Assembly: GCA_964016885.1 (NCBI GenBank)
Contig: OZ024758.1
Coordinates: 10,850,001-10,914,000 of the forward strand
Source: Eledone cirrhosa
Taxonomy: Eukaryota
Length of the DNA stretch: 64,000 bases
Direction of reading: 5' to 3'
Within the stretch, counting starts at the first letter, position 1. The number at the start of each line of letters is the position of its first letter. This document shows positions 53,658 through 64,000 of this stretch, in pieces. Below the pieces are notes generated by a model. The model was not told where the DNA came from and did no database searches. It saw nothing but the letters and a program-made list of their open reading frames with translations. A program made the translations under genes and the position numbers.

Positions 53658-54439
53658 AGCATACACATACATATATAGATACAATGTAACTTTTGCAGCA
53701 TCTATAATATATATGATATATAATAATAATATATACATACACCGCAAAACTAGACAAATATACACACTCGTTGCTACAAACAGACGCATGTACATGCAAC
53801 TATATCGATGCACGATTAAATAGCTCTGTTTAAATATCTCTATATGATCCTGTCTGTTTGCATTTCCCCGTCATTCAGCACATATGCATCTGTAAGTACT
53901 AATGTTTAGTAAAATAGGTGTGCATGTGCTTGAGCTTACTAACACGTGAAGAATATATATATTATTCGGCAAGCTGTAGCTGCAAAACAGAAAAAAAGCG
54001 TTACTTTTAAGCGATTTAAGTGTGATACTCACAAGTCTATGGAGAACAACCACCATTATTGTAAGTTAAAAAGCTTTTTTTTTTTTAAATTTATGTTTAT
54101 ATTTATTATTTTCATAGATAGTATTGTTGTTACTGCTGTTACTGTTGTTGTTGTGGTTTACTATTTAGTGTCGTTATTATATATCTACTGTGTTCTCTTT
54201 GTTGATTTCACCTCCGCCTTTATTCCATGTAAATCCCCCATTTTTTGCTCCGTCCTTACTTTGCATGCACCCAGCCTCATGCATTCATGTGGTCACAACC
54301 ACCCATCGCAATGTTGGACCCCGTCGTTGCAATGCCCCATTCAGGCGATGCTTTGCAGCAAATAACTCATCACTATCATTATTGCATTAAGTTGTTTTTT
54401 TTTTTTTTTTGTTGTTGTTGTTGTTTCATCTCCCTACAT

Positions 54440-55385
54440 TGAGATCAGATCCCACCGAGGGTAGCTTTGCCTTTCATGCTTTCGGGGTCGATAAAATAAA
54501 ATACCAGTAACGCACTGGGGTCGATTAAATCTATTTTCCCCTCCCCCCAAAATTGTTGGCCTTATGCCTAAATTAGAAACTATTATTATTGATATTGCAG
54601 TGAATTATCAGAATTATTAGGGCGTCGAAAGAAATTAGGGGCCCTACGTTCGGAGTTCAAATCCTACCGTGGTCAACTTTGCCTTTCATCTTTCTAGGAG
54701 CAATAAAATTAAGTACCAGTTATGTATTGGAGTCGATGTAATCAACTGTTTTCTTCTCCCAAATTGCTGGCCTTGTACCTAATTTAGAAATTATTATCAT
54801 TATTGAGAGAGAGTGGGAAAGAAAGAGAGAGCTGCTATCTTCTAGTGTGTTTCATGAAAGGTGGAGGGGAGGCGAGTTTAACGAGGCTGAATGGGCATGT
54901 CCTGAATTTCCCTTTTTTTTTTTGAGCAGAAAAAAAAAACCGGGAGAAGGCACATTCAATGCTCTTGATGCGTTTTTGTGGAGGGTTTTCCCTATAATTG
55001 CCCCTGTGAGACTTTCCCCTTTCCCGAAAACTGCTATTATATTTTGCATATTGTTATTATTGCTATTTACTATCTTGCCATTCTGAGTTCAAATCCCGCC
55101 GAGGTTAACTTTGCCTTTCATCCTTACGGGGTCGATAAAATAAAGTACCAGTACCAGTAATACACTGGGTAATTGCTGGCCTTGTGCCTAACGTAGAAAC
55201 AATCATTATTAGTCCCTGCTTAGCAGCATAATTATGACCCTTTACGTTCTGAGTTCAAATCCTTCTGAGGTTAACATTTCCTTTCATCCTTACAGGATCA
55301 ATAAATAAAGTACCAGTGACGCACTGGGGGTTGATTTAATCGCCCCCCCCCCAAAAAAAAAAATTGCTTGCCTATAGTAGAATCA
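54440..55385 (+). mobile_element. Cluster of four SINE copies
   Basis: Copies at about 54440-54585, 54600-54792, 55080-55205 and 55238-55385. Confidence 0.75.
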
Positions 55386-55629
55386 TCATCATCATCATCA
55401 TCATCATTGCTATCTTTCCTTCCCCCCCCCCCTTCACACCTTGTAAACTCCAGTTTGTGATCTGTTGATTTTCCTCATCGTATCTCTATACTATATATTA
55501 ATTAGCATACTTTTATTTAATTTCCATTTCCACTCCCACATGTTCTACTACATTAGCTCCCACATGTTCTACTACATTAGCTCCCACATGTTCTACTACA
55601 TTAGCTCTCACACTTGATGTAACTATAAT

Positions 55630-55824
55630 AATAATTGTTTCTACTTTTTGGCACAAGGCCAGCAATTATCCCAGTGCATTACTGGTACTTTATTTTATCG
55701 ACCCCGTAAGGATGAAAGGCAAAGTTAACCTCGGCGAGATTTGAACTCAGAATGGCAAGGGCCGTAACTCGATGCGTCAAAGCATGGCGTCCGACCCTCT
55801 ACTGATACTGCCAATCCACCGCCC
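55630..55824 (-). mobile_element. SINE, full length
   Basis: Reverse complement of the consensus. Confidence 0.85.
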
Positions 55825-55985
55825 TGTCCTCGAAATAATAATAACAATAATAATAGTAATAATAATCATTTTCTCAGGAAGTTTCTCCCCATGTATAGGT
55901 ACCTGAGCTCTCTGGCTGAGACCTGGCCGGGAGGTTGAAATAAAATAGAAATCAAACGAACAAAAATAACATTAATAATAATAAA

Positions 55986-56495
55986 TAGTAGTAGTGGTAG
56001 TAGTAGTAGTAGTAGTGGTGGTAGTAGTAGTGGTAGTGGTAGTAGTAGTGGTAGTAGTAGTGGTAGTGGTAGTAGTAGTGGTAGAGGTAGTAGTAGTGGT
56101 AGTAGTAGCTGTAGTAGTGGTGGTAGTAGTAGTTGTAGTAGTAGTAGTGGTGGTAGTAGTAGTTGTAGTAGTAGTGGTGGTAGTAGTGGTGGTAGTGGTA
56201 GTAGTAGTTGTAGTGGTGGTGGTAGTAGTAGTTGTAGTGGTAGTGGTAGTTGTAGTAGTGCTGGTAGTAGTAGTAGTGGTGGTAGTAATAGTTGTAGTAG
56301 TGGTGGTAGTAATAGTTGTAGTAGTAGTGGTAGTAGTTGTAGTAGTAGTAGTGGTAGTAGTAGTTGTAGTTGTAGTAATAGTAGGGTGGTAGTAGTAGTT
56401 GTAGTTGTAGTAGTGGTGGTAGTAGTAGTAGTAGTGGTGGTAGTAATAGTTGTAGTGGTAGTAGTGGTGGTAGTAGTAGTGGTGGTAGTAGTAGT
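55986..56495. repeat. (GTA/GTG/GTT)n compound microsatellite
   Basis: Seen directly. Confidence 0.95.
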
Positions 56496-58329
56496 TATGA
56501 CCCTGTTGTTTATTTGACAGTGTACCAGTTTTCACTGCATCACTAGGTGTACACGTCTATGCTCCTCAGGTGTGTGTGACAATGTCTTTTGAAGATCTAC
56601 AATTATTGTTGTTGTTTCGCCTCCAGATCAATTACGATCGATTAAACAAGTTGTAGCTATCCTTTTATTTGTTTGTTTATTAGTTTTTATTTCCTTTTTT
56701 TTTTAAATTGGGGGTTTATAAGTGAGGGTGATTGCAATTGTTATTTCTAGTATCTCAAGTGACCACTTAGACGACCCCCTCACCCTTGTTAGTTGTTGTT
56801 CTAGTTACCATTATTGTTGCTGTTGTTGTTAAGTTCAAACCCGACTGGGGTCGACGGCTTGTGTCCTTCGGTTGTTTTCTATTCAGTTGAATAACTTTTT
56901 TCCTCGAGTACCATGTAGCTAAAGTAAATTAAAGGACCCTTAATTCCTGATTTTGTCTGAGCAAACATCAAGGGCTGGCACATCTTGGCACCGGCGACGT
57001 CGCAGACAAACTCAGAAATCAAAAGGCTGAAATCGATACCAAACCATTACTTCAGGGCTTTAGATATCCCCACAACTTACCGCACTCAACAGGTACATGG
57101 ACTCCGTCTGAAAAGTAAAAAAGCAAATTTGATCTTAGCTTGATTCGATCTCATAGTGTACTGAGCCGGAACACAGTACCACGGCATTTTTAATCCCCCC
57201 CCCCCCCCGCCCATGACTGTCAATTCCTCGCCTCATGTGTAGCTGTGTGCCACTGTTATTGAGTGCTATTGATTACTCTATAAGTATTAAGCTTACATAG
57301 CTTGGGGAATCCTGCCTGATTTCAATTCTATATACTCCCGAATAATTATTTAATATTGAGAGCCCTATAACAAATAAGCAGGCACACCTCATGTGGACAT
57401 CTCTACTTACTTTTCATTTCTAAGTGGTCATGTTTTTACATTCTGTTCCCCTGTCATGTCCTGAAGTGAGGCATGAACCTCATAACATCATTTTACCCAC
57501 TTCTGGTCATCATTTCTTATACATTCCTTTCTTTCATTAATTCTTATATTGGTTTCGGTATTTAGACTGCGGTCATGCTGGGGTACCGTCTTAAATGAAT
57601 TTAGTCAATCATATCGACACCAGTACTTCTTATATCAAGCCTGGTACTTGTTTTTTTTTTTATCAATATACTTTTAAAGAAATCAAAGGTAATTGATTAA
57701 TTTGTAGAATCGTTAAAGTCGAATAAAATTCCATTTTTTTTTTTTTTTTGTGACATTCGTTCCAACCGTTCACATTCTGCTGAGATCAACTCTAACCTTC
57801 ATTCTAAAGGAAAGGGGTTCTATAAGATGTAGTACCAGTCAAATACTGACGTCTATTTAAACGACTAATCCCTCTTGAAAATTGTTGACAAAGTGCCCAT
57901 GTAAGAAATTGTTAATATGTTAATATGATGACTGTTAAGTTGGTTTGAAGAGCAGGTTAGATAACTGGTAGAGTTTTGTTTTAAGTACATATGTTATCAA
58001 GTACTATAGAAGTACATATGTTATCAAGTACAAAAGAAAAAAAAATTGGCCCAACATACCACGTAGTGTGAACCCAAACCACGTGGTTGAAGAATATTTC
58101 CAAACTTCCCAGCCAGGCTTGTGTTTATTGACTGCTATTGTCACTAAAATAAATGCGCAACATGAAATAAATATTCACTTCTTTATCAGACTTTTCACCT
58201 CATTATCGCAACATACATAAAGTGTGGTCATTTTTTTTTTGTGCAATAATGTCTTATATTCAGGCGATTATATATATATATATATATATTAACGATCGAT
58301 CGACAAGATCTCAGACCTCATTTACTTAC

Positions 58330-58530
58330 AGAGTGCAGTGGAAGTCATCAAACTGGACCAAAGAAACGATGTTCCCATTGGTGTTCCTAATTACTTATAC
58401 TATCTACCGGTTCAGACACCTGACATAAGAAACAACGTGAAATAAAGTGTCTTGCTCAAGGACATAACACATCACCTGGCCCGGGAATCGAACTCACAAC
58501 TTCTCGACTGAGAATCCAATTCTTTAACCT

Positions 58531-58532
<2 letters not shown>
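58330..58532 (-). mobile_element. CORE-like SINE copy
   Basis: Reverse-complement homolog (AAAGTGTCTTGCTCAAGGACA...GAATCGAACTCAC). Confidence 0.7.
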
Positions 58533-58579
<47 letters not shown>

Positions 58580-58745
58580 TTAGTTAAGCAAAACAAGACC
58601 ACAAATTTCTCTTTAAGATTGGTTACTCTTGAACTGTGTATATATATATATGAGGGTGTTCCAAAAAATGTATGCACACTTCAGCATTCTAATGAATATT
58701 GCCTGTACAATTAATCAGTGTCTATTTCTTTTTTTGGGGGGGGGC

Positions 58746-58781
<36 letters not shown>

Positions 58782-59399
58782 GTCACCCCTCCAAGGTGTA
58801 GGCCTATGAAAGGTTTTCTTAATATCTATTTGGAAGACTAGCAATAACCCATGGCTTGCATGTCACCCCTCAAGACGTCGAGGATTTTGTCGAAAGCAAC
58901 AACGAAGGCCGATATAGTTTGGCAGCTGTAAAGCTGCAGTGAAGCACAGAAATCAGAGGGTTGATAGAAACACCATCACACCTATTACTATACTTACTCC
59001 GTCATTCACCGCGATCGTTTGATATATTAATTGACTGTGAAAGGACGTAAAACAAAGTTGTCCTCGGCTGGATTTGAACTCAAAACATAGAGAAACGGAA
59101 CATATAACGTGAAGTATTTTAATCAGATGTTCAAATGACCCCGCTAATTCATCGCCTACTGTAGCCTCGGGAAACCGCAAAAATAGGGCCATTTATTTAT
59201 TTATCTATTTATTTATTTATTTATTTATATATATATTTATTTGCACTTGTGTCGTTATTAATGTTGTTGCTGTTGTTAGTGTTGCATTTAATCTTATTTT
59301 TAGTTCTTGTTATTATTGAAATGTTGTTGTTATTGTTGTTGGTGGTGTGGTTATGGTTGTTGTTATTTCTGGTGTTGTTATTGTTGTTCTAGTGCATGT

Positions 59400-59600
59400 T
59401 CTTTAGCCCTAGGTCAGCCTTGATCAAGTAAGGTCCCTCTGAGTGATTAATAACATTTCAGCCGTGTCCCCACCACATTCTGTTTTTTAGTGGTATGAAA
59501 TACTACATTATCTAAAGTGGTGGAACATGATGAGCGGGAGAGATCTGACTGCTATGTCTAGCAGTTGGTAGTGTTACAATGCGCTCCTTCACCGTCTTCG
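59400..59600. repeat. Old interspersed repeat (TTAGCCCYAGGTCAGCC...GCTGCTATTTCTAGC family)
   Basis: Diverged relatives occur near 19805, 23000-23140, 56615-56780 and 62055-62230. Confidence 0.45.
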
Positions 59601-59800
59601 ATGTATTTACGTCTGCTGTGTGTAACTAGTTCAAACCCCTTAGATGCAACAACTGACAACACACACATACAAACACACACACACACACACCTACAACTGA
59701 CAACACACACACACACCTGCAACTAACAACACACACACACCTGCAGCTAACAACACACACACACACCTACAGCTAACAACACACACATACACCAACTGAC

Positions 59801-59848
<48 letters not shown>

Positions 59849-62279
59849 CAGTTGACTAACTTTTCAATACACCTACGCTATTGATCCCATTGAATTTCTT
59901 CCGCCATGCAATCCTTTAGAGGTATCATTACCACCTCCACCACCGCCACCACGACACCCCAACCCCTACATTAGTACCACTACCACTGCCACCACGACGA
60001 CACCCCAACCCTTACACCACAACCACCACATTACCACCGCCACCACCACGCCACCACCCCCTACATTACCACCACCACCACCACCACCGCCACCAAGTTC
60101 AATCCTACGCAAGATATCCTGTGTAGAAGTCGTGATTGTGCCGCCGCCGCCGCCGTCATTGATAACTTTCTGTCATTGTGAAGTGGGTGGGTGGGGGTGG
60201 GGGGGGGGCTTGAAATAACGATGATGGTGTTGGTGTTGGGGGGAATCCTTGTTTAAACTGCTTCAACAGAAGCAAAAGCAAACTCATTCCAACCATGACA
60301 CACCGTTTATTTTCCATTTGACAGAAGACCAAGGTTTATTCCCCAGATATAACACCTGTAGCTAACCGAGGACGATACTGCACACCTAGACATTTAATTA
60401 GGGTGCCATGTTTAACCCGCAATTGGCCAAGCGTAGTGAGTAGTTATTTAATTTAAGAAGAGGGACCGTGAGATTTGAAACTTGCTTCAGCAAAAAACGG
60501 TGCCACACACACACATGTTCAGGTGTGGTCCTTGAGTTTTAGTATGTTTGTTACCTGTTACTGTAGAGTGTGTGTGTGTGGGGGGGGGGTATGTATACAA
60601 TCCGTTTGTTGTTGGTTGTTGCTGTGACACTTTGCGATGTCTAATTCACCGAGGTTAACTCTGTGCGGGGTTTGTTGGGAGACGAGGACTCCTTTCAGCA
60701 TCTATACAAATATAACACAACCACAGGCTTTTGGATTGGCAGAATTGTTGGAATATCAAACTTGTAGTATTTGTTCTAGCTTTTTAAAAATTCTGATAAC
60801 AACGCCTGCAACGACACTTGTGTCAAGTTATATCAGTTATTGCATTTCTCTAGGACGATATGCACAATATTAATAGCGTAGAAAGAGGAGACAATCATTT
60901 CAAACGTGTAGGGTTTCCATATATAGTTTTTATTTTTCTGTTTTTTAAGAGGTTGACTATTCTTGAATTGTAATTAGGGTTGAATTTTTTATGTTGCTTT
61001 GTTAAATATGTTTTGGATGCCTCTGGAATTAGATCCTTCAACTCTTATCTGTCTTTGGAGGGGATTGTGGAGTTTCTTTTGTAATTCTGCCAACCTTTTC
61101 ACGACCTCAGGAACTTTTCCTCTGTATTTTCCTTTTTGACGTTTGTAATAATTGTTTCTACTTTTGGCACAAGGCCAGCAATTACCCAGTGTATTACTGG
61201 TACTTTATTTTATCGACCCCCGTAAGGATGAAAGGCAAAGTTAACCTCGGTGGGATTTGAACTCAGAATGGCAAGGGCCGTAGTAATAATAAAAGTATTC
61301 TACTTTCTTCTTTGATGCATGACTGTTGTCTGATTCTTGTTGGTCCTTGGAAACTCAGGGGAATTTCTTGCCAGGTGATTGTTAAAAGCCAGGTGTGTGA
61401 AGCAGACGATGATATTTATGGAGTTATTGTTCTTGGTTTGGGGACGTGTGTGTGTGTCTGAGGGTGTTGGTGTGTGTATGTGAGGGTGTTGGTGCGTGTG
61501 TATGTGTGATAGTTGTTTAGGATGTTTAGTTTACGATGCTATTATCATACATGTTTTGTTATATGTTGTAAGTGCTGCTGTCGGTGGTGACGTCATCACT
61601 GGAATCTATGTACGATTGTTGGTTGTGTTTGAACTATTCATTTACACTACAGTTCGCCATTGTTACAACGTCGTGTATTCTATTGTTATTGCTGCTGTTG
61701 TTGTTTTTGCTGTTATTATTGATAACAATCATAACAACAACTGCACAAGCAGCAAGCTACTGGAAGAGAGGGAACATCAAGCAAACACTGAACATGCAGG
61801 AAATGGCAACCAGTTCTCCTCCAGATGCCCTCCCCCCCTTTCCCCCATCCTTCATCATAAAAAATCGTGGAAACATTAAATGTGGTCCTTGATATGTTTG
61901 AAGCAAAAATGACTGGAAGGTTTTTAGTCATGGGTGTACTCAATAGCCTTTTACTTGGGGCTTAACAACAACAACAACAACAACAACAACTACACATTAA
62001 TCAATGTTGTTCTTGACATTCTGTGTTATCAACACTCTGGATTTTGCTCTGGATTTTAGCCCTAGGCCAATCCTGAAGGAGCAGACCTCTAACAAAAGGC
62101 ACGTGACCATCACACTATCATAAAGTTATACAGAAATACATTATTTAATATATCATTCCATTTTCTTGATATATTTATGTAATTTGAGGAAGATGTAGCT
62201 GCTACTTCTAGCCGGGTTCCCTCATTGGCTAAACAATATTATTTTTCTTGTTGCTGTCCATGTCACTTTTATCAACGGC

Positions 62280-63208
62280 GTCGTTGTTATTGTTGTTGTC
62301 ATCGTTGCTATTGTTGTCATCGTTGCTATTGTTTTTGTCAACATTGCTATTGTCATCGTTGCTATTGTTGTTGTCATCGGTGCTATTGTCATCGTTGCTA
62401 GTGTTGTTGTCATCGTTGCTATTGTTGATGTCATTGTTGCTATTGTCATCATTGCTATTGTTTTTGTCAACATTGCTATTGTCATCGTTGCTAGTGTTTT
62501 TGTCAACGTTGCTATTGTCATCGTTGCTAGTGTTGTTGTCATCGTTGCTATTGTCATCGTTGCTATTGTTGTTGTCATCGTTGCTATTGTCATCGTTGCT
62601 AGTGTTGTTGTCATCGTTGCTATTGTCATCGTTGCTAGTGTTGTTGTCAACGTTGCTATTGTCATCGTTGCTAGTGTTGTTGTCATCGTTGCTATTGTCA
62701 TCGTTGCTAGTGTTGTTGTCATCGTTGCTATTGTCATCGTTGCTAGTGTTGTTGTCATCGTTGCTATTGTCATCGTTGCTAGTGTTGTTGTCATCGTTGC
62801 TATTGTTGATGTCATTGTTGCTATTGTCATCATTGCTATTGTCATCGTTGCTATTGTTTTTGTCAACATTGCTATTGTCATCGTTGCTAGTGTTGTTGTC
62901 AACGTTGCTATTGTTTTGTCATCGTTGCTAGTGTTGATGTCATCGTTGCTATTGTTGTTGTCATTGTTGCTGTTGTTGTTGTCATCGTTGCTAGTGTTGA
63001 TGTCATCGTTGCTATTGTTGTTGTCATTGTTGCTGTTGTTGTTGTCATCGTTGCTAGTGTTGATGTCATCGTTGCTATTGTTTTTGTCAACATTGCTATT
63101 GTCATCGTTGCTGTTGTTGTTGTCATCGTTGCTGTTGTTGTTGTCATCGTTGCTATTGTTGTTGTTATTGTTGCTATTGTTGTTGTCATCGTTGCTATTG
63201 TTGTTGTC
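62280..63208. repeat. GTCATCGTTGCTA(T/G)TGTT-type 15-36-bp minisatellite
   Basis: Seen directly. Confidence 0.95.
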
Positions 63209-64000
63209 GAGAAACGATAATCGTGAATAGAAATATTTTCATTAAAGAATAATTTAGTCCTTTAAATACTTTTATCTTTCAATAGTTTCCTTTCTTTCAA
63301 CAAAACCACATCGTGTATTATAATAATAATAATATTGATACTGATAATAATAATAATAATAATAATATCTGTTTAATTAAAGGTATTGATGTCTTGCGTT
63401 TGTTATCTACTTTTGTTATGAATGTTTTATCAAATAACATCAATATTTACACTTCCGTCCGACCTACTTCCGTTCTCTCATTAACATTCTAATCACGTCC
63501 CAGTTTTTCCTATCTTTCCGCCATCTTTATTGTATAGTTTCTTCCTTATCATTTTGTGCTCTTTCCGAGACATCTGATATAGTTTGTGGTAATTTATCTC
63601 AGAAATATAAAGTGACTACGATTAACGTGTAAAGAAAAGTCTATATACAAGTAATATATTCATACATACATATATAATATGTATATTTACTTTAATAGAT
63701 TTTAAGTACATTATATATACACAGGTTGTCTCAAGCGTCACAAACTATGGAAGCTAATGAGAGGGGCTTTATCTATAATTTAAAGGGCTGCCTTTGTCAC
63801 ATATCCTGTCACGCTGATTCAGTTTGGGAATTACGTGAAGAATACACAAAATGTAATGGAATACTCAACCACATACACGTTAAAATTATAAATTGGACGT
63901 TCAACTGACCAAACAACTGAATGCTCATTGTCGAAACCGACGGAGGATCGATCATATTCATGCATCAAAGGATTACAGTAATAGTTCATTGCTGCTTTAG

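Noticed and set aside
63720-64000. Possible mariner-like transposon remnant
   Set aside because: Only a weak TIR-like start is visible, it is cut by the window edge, and no clear transposase motif is present.

Overview
AT-rich, microsatellite-saturated eukaryotic non-coding DNA. The SINE types and repeat landscape strongly resemble an octopus (coleoid cephalopod) genome; this is an inference. No protein-coding gene can be supported, and all long ORFs are translations of simple repeats. The window holds more than 25 tRNA-derived SINE copies or fragments, three copies of an RTE-like non-coding retroelement, hAT-, Tc1/mariner- and TTAA-type MITEs, an L1/Tx1-like 3' end, and many mini- and microsatellites. 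The main signal is a set of short (100-400 bp) non-coding elements from several unrelated families sitting inside (TA)n tracts. Many carry hammerhead ribozymes (HHRs) or HHR halves. Six copies have a complete CUGANGA...GAAA...UH core (46814, 24533, 6306, 46411, 32879, 27119) and five more are degenerate. Most have a palindromic stem III loop, many elements are folded back into long inverted repeats whose apex falls inside the ribozyme, and several share a GAGTAC motif near the 3' end. They are best read as (TA)n-targeting Penelope-like element (PLE) termini or retrozyme-like non-autonomous RNAs. Coordinates were read by eye, and the ends of decayed repeats are approximate.
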